DNA of 57,353 nt, the filler included, from Catajapyx aquilonaris (lineage: Eukaryota): assembly GCA_000934665.2 (NCBI GenBank). It is 4 parts of 4 records of this genome, joined end to end, with 100 filler letters (N's around TTAATTAATTAA, not from the genome) between each part and the next. Parts side by side here need not be neighbours in the genome. Positions count along the whole stretch, not along the records: positions 1 to 14,249 come from JYFJ02007839.1; 3 more parts are not named here. One strand, given 5' to 3'. The notes under the pieces were generated by a model that was not told the origin of the DNA, ran no database searches, and saw only the letters and a program-made list of their open reading frames with translations. Position 1 is the stretch's first letter, and each line of letters opens with the position of its first letter. The position numbers and the translations under genes are program-made. Positions 1-12,500 of this stretch are shown here, piece after piece.

Positions 1-566
1 GGGGCAGCGACAAATTCCCCGAATGGTGGAGACTTACTTTAAACTACCGTCAACACATGGCTCGGCTGGAAGTACCAGGGGGCTGGGTTGAAGTCTGCCT
101 GGCAATGCCTTACAACCTTACAATTCTGAGAAAGACAGATTGAACCATTAAAATCAATAAAATTTTTAGCCCAATCTTCAGAGCACAACCTGCCATTCAA
201 GTGCATGACCCTTCAAGCTGTAAAATGTCATATCATAGTTGTTTAAAATTTAGCCACTGGTAGTCATCTTGCCATTGCAGTGTCTTACATGCTTACATGT
301 AATAAATATGATAGCACTCTCACAAACTCCCTTCCCCCAACTTGTCAGTTACACCTCATCTAATGTACGAAAGAGGACATGCCACGCACAAAATATCACG
401 ATTTTTCCATGTGGAATTTTATATTGCAAATAAGCCCCTGCCCAACTTCATAACACATATGCAGAGTTTTAAAACGCAATACATGCTGTGCAGTCTCGTA
501 ACAGTTGCAGTAGGGCGCAGGGAATTTTAATATTCCAACGTCTTCACTTCTAAAATGAGGGGTATT

Positions 567-3500
567 TTAAAATATGTAGTCAGCACCTGCCATGTCAATG
601 GCCCAGCGAAACTTGGCTCGCTGAGTCTTGTTATAGATTTTCTCGATGGGTACTTCATATTTCTTGCACCTGCAATGAGTGTTAATCAATGGCTGCACAT
701 ATCCACAAATGTAGCAATAAAAAATTCCATTAGGCAATTGGGTTCAAGTAGGATGTTTGGACAAGAGAATTATACGGGGTGAAGGGAAACTCGCGGACAA
801 TCACCAGGTAGATGATAGTACTCGCAAAACAAATATAGGGATGTGCAATTAGTTTTTCGCTCTGTTGCATAGTTAATGTGTACGGCGCCCTTCAAGTGTC
901 GAGGGCGGGATGGTGGAATATGAGGCAAAAACCACAAAGTGCACGGGTGTCATACCGGGATTCATACTCTGACGGGATTTGACCGCTTTTTGCACATGGA
1001 CGAAGTGTTCAGGAACCAAGGCAAGGGACCAGAGGCCCTCAAACTGACTTTTGCTTCTTAGAAGCTCGTGGAACCCATGTGATGTCACGAAACTTAGACG
1101 GCGTCGTATGCATTAACTATGCAACGGCGGCCAAAACTAATTTCACATCCCTATGTTAGTTTTGCGAGTACTATCAGTCTACCTGGCGATTATCCGCGAG
1201 TTTCCCTTCACCCTGTATAGACCTGCAGCCCCATTCCAAGAAACACCTTGACATGATATCACTGCAGCACTTATGGCAAACACATTATCTATCTTCATTC
1301 CCCCAAGGCAGAAATCAAGACACAGTCTGGGGAGTGGGTTGAAGGATAGGCAACTATTACACTAGTAGCTTCCTTCTATCTGACTTTCACTTCCTCCCCT
1401 TAAATCACAAATGAATCAACCCAGGTTTGCCATCTGCTGCAGCATATCTCATCTGTGCCTTCTTTGGATGGAACTCCAGTAAATACTGACTGACATCATC
1501 AATACATGAACTTTTGGGTTTTGGGATGCCAGAATCACTGATGATATTTTTAGGGTATTACTTACCAAGCAACACTGATTCTTGGATCCAGGTAGTTCAA
1601 TTTGGAGGTGCCAAGAGCTATCTCCTTATTTTCTTCTCGATCAGTAGCCTGCACTTCCAATTTTGAGTACTGCTCCCTAAGCCTGTCTAAAGCCTTCTTT
1701 TTCTTATCCATGACCCTTGAAAATAGCAGCATACAGCAAATTAGCCCAAACATTACGAGCATAACTCAGATCATGGCTCCTGACTCACAGCTTGTCACGC
1801 TGAGACTGAGAAGCCTTGAACTCTCGCTTAGCATCCTTTAGTTCACGCTCAGATTCCTTGATTTTTTCCTCCTTATCTTCCATCTTCTTCTTGAGGTTTT
1901 CCATTGATTTGGCATGAGTCTTGGGAACAGCACGTTGATGATTACAAAGGATGGCAACCGCACGATTGGCACGGTTGTATGACAGGATCTGAAAAGCAAT
2001 GCACCATTAGCATGCTAAAGGGCAATCTTAAGCAAAAAAGAACCAACCATTTCAGCAACTGTTGCATTAGGATCAGTCAACTTATCCAGCTGGTCCTGCA
2101 GGGTATATGATGCATTGTATGTACGGAACACCTTCGCAGTCAGACCCTCCATCAATTCATTCAAATACTTGTTGAGTATGGTAGTCTGAAGTAGGTGCGA
2201 ATGGTTAGTGTATGAATAGGACAAATGCAAAAGATCAACATACATTCAGGCGGTCAAAGAGATCATCCCCAGGCTGTTTGTTCTCCATAAAGAGTTCCAG
2301 ATTCTTAAAAACACGCTTTTCCACTGGAACTTCATTGTAGTAGCGTATAGAATCTTTTCCCAGGAAATCAAATACGACGACAAACTGCCTGCCTGTAAAA
2401 GGGTAAATGCAGATTGAGGCAGATGTGCCAACACCATAACTTGGGAAAGACTAACCCTTACTGGCGTGCGGGACGCGGCAGGGGGAGGGCTGGGGGCAGC
2501 TTGGCTATGTCGCAAAGGCAGGTTGATTTTTTGGATTTTGGAAGGGGTATGCTGTACCAACCTAACCAAACCTTCCTTCCTTCCTTGCGGATACAGACCT
2601 ATCTTAGTGACACAGCCCGCTGCCCCCACGACTACTACCCTCCCGCACGCCAGTAAGAGCAAGTACAGCCTTAACTTGTACCAACCAATGTACAGTCCCG
2701 CTCATAAAGAATGGTACGACTCTATGGAAGACGTGTTTATTCCTACTATCCAGCATTATTCCCAACCTGATTTCGTCGCGACACTATGGACAACTTGTCC
2801 TAGATCTCTGGCGACCCATATGACCCCCTCCCGACTTTTTCCGAAATTTTTTATTACCAAAATGTTCAACCTGGTATACAATGCTTACATAGATTTGAGA
2901 TGAATTTCCCCCCTTAATTTTTCTTACTTCGCCTTGTTTTTTTCTTCTCTTTTTTCTTGATTTTAATTGCCTTTTCCCAGCCTTCCTCATGACCCCTGAA
3001 AACATGCTGGTGACCCAGGGGTTGGGAACAGAATAAACATTTTGTCCATCGAGTCGTACCATTCTTTATGAGCGGTACAGTACAAGCTACATCTATACAG
3101 ATGCATTGCCCCAAGTCAGGAGAAAGGTAAGGGAAATGTACGTTCACTGCAGCATACAGTTCAAATAAAAGCAACAATTGCAAGTGAATATGGCCTTGAT
3201 TAACGTTTTCAAAGGGCGCTTACTCTTTAAAATAGTTTCTGGGGGAAAATATCAACCTTTTCCCCTTATCTCTCTCTTGCACTGTAGATTTCGGCTGAGA
3301 AATGCCCTCTAAAACAATTCTGCATAAATTATGCAATCAGTCTTAATTTTCATACCCTCCAAACCCATTCTAAGGATGTGGAACAGTGTCAAGTTTTGTC
3401 AAAGGCAGCAGGAATGCATTATTGTTTAAAACCTAAGGTGTTTACCATCCTTTTCCTCATGCAGGGAGATGTGCTCAACTCGTAGAGAGCAACAACCAAC

Positions 3501-6500
3501 TGTATCAGCCTGATCTTCATCCTTCTCATTGCCAGCTCGGAGAGCCAGTTTGTCAATGAAGTACAGGGCCACTGCACGTTGGCGTATCCGCATCTCCTTC
3601 GACTTCCAATCACCCATGTATGTCTTCCTTATGCCATCGATGTGCTTCTTTAGCTTCCGTGCCGTTTCATACTTTTGCCAATCCTTCTCACCTTTCAGCT
3701 TTGATGACGGATTCAGCATCACATACTTTGTCTGGTTTTGAACGTTCTCCACCCAACATGCAAGCCAAGTAACGTTGGGATCATGCTTAACTTCTTTCCA
3801 CTTGCGGCCGCCAGGTGGAACAGGATGTTTGGAGTCCTTACTGCAATTGATGATCACATCTTCAGGCATCACACGTCGTTTCAGCATCCCCATTTTGGGA
3901 TGTTCACCTCTGCCACGAAATAGACCTGGAGGCTCAATCTTAAAGTTTCCAATCTTCTCCGTGTGCCCATCAATAACGCAGTTGCCATATTCCTTTTGCA
4001 CTTCCTCATTATTCTCTTTTATTTTCTGCAAATATACCAAGGTTAGTACTCTCCTGTTCAAATCATTCAAAAATATATACTACCTGTTTTTCTTCTTTAG
4101 ACATGTTCTTTCGCTCCTCTGTCTTCATTTTGAAGTAATCGTTGATCTGCTCAAAGTTACATTTAGTTAAGTCAGTGATGACAGATCGCTCCTTTTCTGT
4201 CATACACCTGCGCCAATCTTTGAAGAAATTTTTGTTGAACACATCCTTTGTGGTGTAATCATGATCTAGCATCTTTCCATAGAAAGTGGCAACTTCCTCT
4301 GCATCTTGGCTGAGCTTCATTACTTTGCCTATTTGACAAAAAAAAGTAAATAACTCATTTAAGGCGTATTAAGCCGCACATATATTAGTTCGGGAATACA
4401 TCTCCTCACCATCATAAAAAAACTTGACACTCTCAGGTAAACGTTCATATGGTGGGGCAAACACAGGTCCCTTGTGCTCCAGATATTTCCACTTTCTCCC
4501 GTCACCAGGTGATTGCTCCTCCCACCTTTCCAATAAAGAAAAATTGCTCATACTCTATGTAAACGAAGTTTCACATCATAAAATTATGTACAGCAGTAGT
4601 AATTTTATCCCTCATATGTATTTACAGAAGTGCACTGTTTATAGCGTGCTAATCTCTGTAGTTGACAAACCAGTAGAACCATCTTAGAATGGCAGATCTT
4701 AAGCCATCTTCCCACTGTTCAGGCAGGTCTCTTTACCTGGGCATGGCATATCCATTCAGCCTTCCTTCCCACCACTCTCCCAAGCACTTGCATCCCCACC
4801 CTCCTCCCCCAACCACACCACTTCCATCTCTCCCGGGCCCCAGTTGGGCAAGGTTGGAGCTGGTGTGGTGGGGGAACAAATAAAAGTTTATTGGTCATGG
4901 TTGGTGTATACAAGTTACAAGTGCCTTGGCCTTTTCACTGTCATATAAGACTTGATCCTAGATAAATTTCAACTACTGTACTTATGTGAGGTGAAATCAC
5001 CCAGCCCCAGCCCCCACTGCCTTGCCTCAGGTTAACCAGGTTAACTCACTTGGGCATAGCTCTCTCATGCTCAGGCGCATGCTACCTGAACAATGGTAAC
5101 AAAGCTTTATCTTCGTTGGTCCCTGCAGTTAATGTGGGAAGCTCAATTTTGGCTGTGGCCTACATCACATTGTGGAAACTACATACTTGAAACTGAAAGG
5201 CTGAGGATCCTGAGATCATAAGGTTATACTAGTCCAGTGACATGTGACTATTTTAATCAATTTACATCATTACAGTAGAATAAATAACTATCATATAGTA
5301 GTATAAATACAACAGAAGTGCTGAAATGCCCAAAATAACACTCTCTGATGGCTACAGTATGTTCAGTAGTGAATTTTTCAGAGGCCAATGGAACATTACG
5401 GGATTAGAGGAGTCATTCATATTCTTGCAGCTGACTCTCCAAGCCAACTCTCACCAGTCACAAACTGTAGTTGCGAGCATAAAGGTGTGGATGGGAGACC
5501 AGAGCTCTTCCTCTGGTCTACTGGTGACTGTACATGTTCTCCACCCACGTCCATTGGCACAAGGATATGAATGCAACCCTATACTGACAAAGACTGAATG
5601 CTATTGGGCCATAAATATGGATCCTGCCACTGTGATCTTCAACCAATAAAACAACCATTTTTGACCTCCTCTTTCACTGAAACTGCTGATGCTGGTATAA
5701 TCCAACAAACAGATTCCAGGACAGCATTAGGCCCATTCCCACACTGATCGTGATTCTCCCCCCAAAAACCGCGATTGGGGTGTTCCCACATGCCTTTCCC
5801 TCACCCAAACCCGATTATGAAGCTGAGTGCCAGGTTTCCAGTCACAATTCTGACGTCACTCCCCCCTTGGATACATTCTTAACGGAGCAACATGGTGGCT
5901 TCTCTACTAAGGATCTTCTGCTGCCTTGCTCCGCAGGCTGCCAGGACCTGTGCAATAATATAGATAATATACCTCTATGCCACTAAAGCCAAGTCTATCG
6001 TTGAGTCATCCATGCTTTCAGCCACAAGCCGAAGCAAGAGTAATTTCTTTGTCCGATGGGAAGGCGCTTTTAGAGCCACCTACTGAAAATCACGAAAAGT
6101 ACGTGAAACAGTCTCTAAGTGACCCTGATTTTGCCCCTAAAAATCGTGATTGAGGATCACATTCTTGTGTCATGTGGGAATGAGCCTATTGTGGTGTAGT
6201 GGTTTACACTATGCCATAGTGCTTCTGATGTCCCAAGTACAATCTTCAGACTGAACAAAGGACTTTTGGTAAACATGCAAAAGAGGTGACCAATGAATAC
6301 AGAAAATCTACATGTTTTATTCAGAAGAACACTTACTCAACACTTGCTTCACATTATTAAGAGTGAACAAGGACCATTTTCAGGGTGAAAAAACCAACTG
6401 GCTGAACTGCCTGAAGCTGATTTAGAGATTGCTCTTCCATTCAGAAACCACAACCCAGTGCAGAGCCCTGGAGTAGCAGAACAGAAGCGCTATCTCAAAA

Positions 6501-9500
6501 CCAGCTCCAAAAACCACTCTCCTGGTGGGTTTTTTCTTCCCAGATATGGTCTGAGTTTACTCCTAATAGTATAAAATCAAGTGCTGGTCCAAGTGAAATA
6601 CGTAAATTTTCTATATTTGTTGTCATCTCTTCTACTCATTTACAAGCCTCTCTCAAGTGGGAAGTTTCACTAGTTCTCTTTGCGTCACTTTCCCCATCTC
6701 TCGACTATTCAAAATACATCTTCACTGGGGTTATGAATTAAGCTGGCAAATTTTAAAATGATCCCCAAAGAACCCAAAGTCTGTCACGGAGAACCCTATA
6801 ATTGCAGATTCCTCTTTGTGAATGCACAACTCCATCACTAGTGAAAGATCATGCATGCCTCACTATAAAAGGCTAACATTCAATCACTATCCATGACTAA
6901 TCACATCTTCTTAAATGATAGTCACTGAGAGAAGAGGCAATTGCACCCGACTAATGCACTTACAAATATCCTTCACAAGTTATATTTAGGTTTGGGGTAC
7001 TTGATTCAGTTCACCTATCAACTGAGCAGTGTAGCCAAGCATGCACATGGCCTGTGCACTTTCGCAGGTCCCATTTGAGTCTTATATGAACACATGTAAA
7101 CCTATAGAGCCACATGAAACACACATTCCATGTGGACAAGAGCCCTGATTCAAGATGTGCTAGACGCCATCTTGGATTTCCTATCAACTAGTGCTGCCCT
7201 CTCACGAGCTGTCGCCCAACTTCATTCACACTGGGCTGATCAAGGTTGGCATCACAGCCACTTGAAAATAAGTCAAGTATAAAGTATACCGCTAGATCTT
7301 TGCAGAGCAAGCCAATTTCCTGGTGTCAGCCACTCTTACCATCCGTAATTCCTGGAACTGTGACCCAGTGATGGGAGCACAGTCGAGGGGGTAACCACTT
7401 CATGGAACCAGTGTACAGGGTCCCTGTGGAACCGATGTACACTTTTTTGGGGAGTGGTTACCCCCTTGAGCACAGTCTCTGAGATCCTTTTGCTTATGAG
7501 AAAATGTGATTTCTCCTCAATTTTTGACGATTTTAGTATGAACAGTTACCATGCAGTTTCAAATATGCAATTTGCACAACTTGACATGGTACCCCATTCA
7601 AATTCTTTTCACCAACCAAACTGAGAGGTGAGATCCACCAAGTTAGTACACTACTGGGAAAAACTGCCTCGTTCCTTGGCAAGCATGACTTGATTCATGC
7701 TCCCAATTGCCTGGCTGCTTGGTGCTGCTTGCAGGGGTACAAGGCAGTTTTTCCCACCACTGTACAACCAACCACAAAGCCTCAGAAAGTCATGTCAAGC
7801 ATTCTTGTTGCCAAGTGTTTTGCCCCGTGCATTAAGACCCACAGGGCAGTATGAACTCAAAATCTCTATGCCTAATGTGAAATGTTTATGCTTTTCCCTA
7901 ACTAGAACACCAAGGGCAAGTTGCACCATGTCAGACACTTTATCAATCCCATATTTAAGGGATGTTATCAGTTTTTAACAAAAACTTGTAAACAATGAAC
8001 ATCATCTATAGAATTAATGCTATATACCAGAAACCTGCAGTTTTTTAAAAACCTACCATTTCCAGACTTCCTGTTCTGTCTCCTCTTTCTTCTTGCGTCC
8101 CTTCTTAGTTGGACTGTAAGGCTCGCCTGTGCCTGACCTTTTTGATGGAGAACTTTCTTCTTTCTTAACCTTCTTTCCTTTGACCTGTCAAGGGTGAAAT
8201 ACAATCAAAATGGTACCATTAATTTTCATGCAATGACAAACCTTACCGCAGTAGCATCAGAGTTTTGCCTCTTTTTGTTAGTTTCCATTTTCTTTCGCTT
8301 CGCCAGAGGAACATCATCCTCTTCCTCCTCATCGAGCTCACGCTTCTTAATCTTCTTTCGCCGCTGAGACTGTGGGATATAAAATAACCCAAAAAGAACC
8401 TAAGTCATCTTATGTTTCATACGAACATAATTTCCCCACCTCAACATGCAATAGACCTGCTCTAGGATTGAGTTTGCCATGAAAGGCAATTAATGTGAAG
8501 GTTGTTAATACTGTAATATAACATCAAAAGTGCAACGCCCCCCCTTTCCCAATTGATTTGAGTAATGAAAATCCGCACTAGAATATCATGATGTTGCAAT
8601 TTTCAATTGTCACATTCTCCATACCAAAAGCATGGCAGAATCATATCAAATTTGAGTTTCAAAATCAAATTTAATGTTTCTGGTAGTAGACCTTCAAATG
8701 ACAATCCCATGATAGGCATTAATTTTAAATTTCATATTCAGTGATAGTGATGTACCAAATGAGAATGTCATGAATCTTGAGGTATCCATCTATATTGTAA
8801 ATTCCCAACACAGAATACTTCATTAAAATATCAATAACACTTGTTATGCCATTCATTATGCTGGTCTACAGGGCATTTGGTGGTAATTTCTTGGAGGGAG
8901 GGGCAGGAAATGTAAACAGAATTTTCAGACATATTACCTCATCTCAAAAGTCAAAGAATTTGCAAATAATATCTTCCAAAATATAACATGGTCATAATAT
9001 GTCACAGATCTTGAGCTACGAGGTAGGCGCCAAACGTTTCTGGCATGACTTATGTTCCAGGTGTGATGGATATAAAATGACAGTGTCATTTTTCAATACA
9101 CTCTTCTTGTACTACAACACACTCCTTACATCTCTGGTTTATCAAACAATACCATACTCCTCGCCATACTCGCACCTCTTGACACAGATGTTTCCATTTA
9201 ATCAGTTTTTTAGCAGCAGTACCGTACCATATTTTGCATGCTATGTCAAGCAGCCTTGCACTCTACCAGATTCCTTCATATCTTGGTCATCTTGCCTGAC
9301 AAAACTTATTATTATTATTATTATTTTTTTTAGATTACAAAACATTGTGAAGGATCCTCAATTCAAGAGCAGGACCATGACCTTGCCTGTTTCTGAGGAT
9401 GCCCAAAGGCCTTCCACTTCAACTGTTGGAGATGGATGCATGAGTGCGCCTGATTTGACATGGCAGTCCTCTATGAGTACTCAAGTTATTGGAAATTGAC

Positions 9501-12500
9501 AAGACAAAGCATGGTTCAGACCAGCCCCCCGCAACTCCCTATCGAGCCCTATAGGGAAGGCTGTTTCATATAAAAGTCTCCACCAGCCTGGAATTTGGCG
9601 CCGGCGCCAACCCCACAGGGTTCTTGTGGTTTGGGCGGCTGACTAACAATCTGTGAATTCCTTCCAGACCCAGCTTCAGTGGAAAGGATGGTTCGGGTTG
9701 GTTCAGGCGTCTGCCCGAATCATAAGATCCCTGTGGGGATGTGGCAGTGCCACGACGGAGACTTTACCGTATCACCTCTCATATTGCGGCATGCTGGTGT
9801 AGGCGAGGTCGACCAGATTTTTAAAATGCATGATCTGGTGGCTATACCGGCATGCCGGTATAAGGCGAGGTCTTCACATAAGTTACATTATCCTTTCTGG
9901 ACTTGCCATTTGCCTGAAAATCGAAATTCACGTAAAGGCTATTGAAAAGGAACATTTTCCAAATAGGGCACCAGTCCCATATATAGTTTTCAATTGCAGT
10001 GTTTGGCAATAATCTCTATTTGAACAGCAAGTTACAGCAGGGGGTTTCCCTGTCAAAGCAGGCTGACGATGGGATTGGTCATACACTCTACATTTTATAA
10101 ATGCACTGTGCAACAGAACTGAACTCACAGCCTGTACACTCGCCCATTTTCATTTAACATGATTTGAGTATGGTACCAGAAGTATTCCAAATAATTTGGC
10201 AAGGATCAAAATTATGGAAATCTACCTCGGTTATTGCCGCATGCCGGCCACCCCCCGGGTTATACTGGCATGCTGGTCGACCTCGTTTTATACCGGCATG
10301 CCACAATATGAGAGGTAATATGGTATATTACACTACTGAATCGTATGAGTTGCAGGGGGCTAGTCCAGACCTTGCAAAGAGGAACCTTCCCAAGTTTTGC
10401 CACATGCAAAAAAATTTGACAAGAATATGGAGAGAGTCAAAGATGTGAAGGATTACGGTTGGTGGTGGGTGTGTTCATCATAGGGTTACCAAATATGGTT
10501 TAAAATATGCTCCAATCAACGTTACTTGTTTCAAGTGGTACATTGTTGGACATTAATTGAGGCATGCTGCTAACGACATTTTCCGAAGTGGCAGAAGAAA
10601 GAATCTTTCTCGCCCGGCTTGCACTATCCTTATCTTCGATTCCGTCTTCTGCCGCTTCGGAAAATGTTGCTGGAAGCATGCCTCGATTAATGTCTAACAC
10701 TGTACATTAAGATCTGTGCAGTCATATGGCTGTGATGATTTTCAGTAAGAGATGAGAGTGGCACATGCTCCATCTGAAAATTATTTAATGCACCCCCATG
10801 AAATGTGCCCCTCGAATTTGTAAAATTTCAGAGAATTGCCAATTATCAGACTAATTCACTTGTTTCAAGCCCCCCCCCCCCACNCCCCCCCCCCCCAACA
10901 GCCTTCATTAAAAATTATACTTGTGCAGAAAAAGGAATCCTCAAGCAGGATCTTTACATGAAAAACCTACATCACCTTTGCAGCAAAAGGAAAGCTGCAT
11001 GTACGTATTTTCCGAGTGAAAGGTTTTGAGCATCACATTTCAGACCTAAACTATGGGCACTGAAAATGCTAGTGGCCATATGAAATGAGAGAAATCTTAT
11101 CCTTAGGATGAACTTCTCAAGAAATTCATTGACAGAAGCTAATCCTTCACATGCAGTGGCATACACTTTGAATGGAATCTGTAACTAGACCTCCCTAATT
11201 CCAAGCTAATCTAAGATGGATCCATTCAGTTTCTTCCATTGTTCACTGCAACCACAAGTGCATTCTTGAGCAACGCATGCATTATTAGGCACAGTAATGG
11301 TAGGATTCCAAATACTTGTACATATGCTGTAGCTCTCTAATGACCTGATCAAACACTTACCAAAGGCAAATCCTCCTCACTTTCCTCCTCTCTCTTGATC
11401 TCCTTGGACTCCCGTTTCACAGATACCAGTTCTGTAGGAATGTAGTTGTCCTTCTGTTTGACAGGGCTTGGCAACTCAACCTTCATCTTAACAGGACTAG
11501 GCACCTCTGCCTTCACTTTAACAGGACTAGGCACCTCTGCCTTCACTTTAACAGGACTAGAGACCTCCACTTTCAGTTTTCCAAGCATAACCGTCTCATC
11601 TTTTGAACTTTTGTGGTCCTTCGTCTGCCAAATAAAATTCATGCATAACAATGGGATACAGAAAAAGAGGGAGCTCTGCATACAGGCCTCCACGGAATTA
11701 TATTGCACATAGTTTTTAGCTTCCCAGCTCGGGTAGAAATAAACTCAACTCTAGGTAGCAAGGAGTAGCCCTTGGGTTGGGGCTACAATAAAAAGGCGGG
11801 CTAGGGGCCCAGGACTGCCACAAAAAATTGCTTTGAGAACTACTGCTCACAATTAAGGACATGCGTCCTGCTACTGATCTGACCAAATCTCGCAAGCACA
11901 AAATATTCCACACAAAGCTGAATGCTCGCAACTAGTAGTCACTCGCAGAGAGCACGAGCCATTAGCTGGACGAGGACAGGTCTGAAGAATTGTGTAGATT
12001 TTGCCACTTGCAATATTTGGAGGTGAAAATCGATGATTTCCTACCTTTTCACGGTGCTTTTGCTCCTTTTGGGCTGAAATTAAATTAGAACAAAGCCCTT
12101 GATGTTCTGGAGTAATTTTTGTAGTAATAATAATATTAATTCCATTGTAATATACAGGTTGACTAGGTAATTGAATTGCATTGTTGGTTGCCAGTTGTAC
12201 CAACTCAACCTTTACTGTCCATCAACACTGCTAGTTGGCACAACTGGAAATCAACAATACAATCCAATTACCTGTATATCCTGACTTTAGAGTCACCCTG
12301 TATTACCACTTGTTATTAACCCAAATATGCCTAGCCTCCTATACAGGGTGTATATTATAACTCGCGACAGATTTCTAGGGTGTGTAGGGGCTGCCTATGG
12401 AAGCAATTTGAGATAGGATACCTATGATCCGACACCCATACCAACAGCGCTTGGGAGCCTCCAAGGCCCATATCATCCCATTGTTGTAACAATATTGTTC

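Noticed and set aside
5388..5570. MEHYGIRG resembles the LINE reverse transcriptase motif KLEHYGIRG
   Set aside because: The flanking residues show no further RT motifs; probably a chance match.
6190..6270. tRNA-like A-box (tggtgtagtgg); a similar case at about 50802
   Set aside because: No intact B-box or cloverleaf; at most decayed SINE heads, not tRNA genes.
7001..7249. Idea that each 14.3-kb piece is centred on a shared element of about 250 nt
   Set aside because: The centres (about 7125, 21477, 35827 and 50200) share no sequence or structure that I can see.
7341..7352. Possible 12-nt in-frame TOP1 microexon (cag|gaattacggatg|gtaag)
   Set aside because: Weak polypyrimidine tract, and it would split the conserved WKWWEE motif.
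8999..9499. 166-aa plus-strand ORF antisense within a TOP1 intron
   Set aside because: It spans an (ATT)n/T tract, has no recognisable domain and has no supporting partner exons.
10870..10896. Long C/G homopolymers, some containing N (also about 21257, 21397 and 41141), as G-quadruplex elements
   Set aside because: Lengths are unreliable because of ambiguous bases, and nothing else supports a function.
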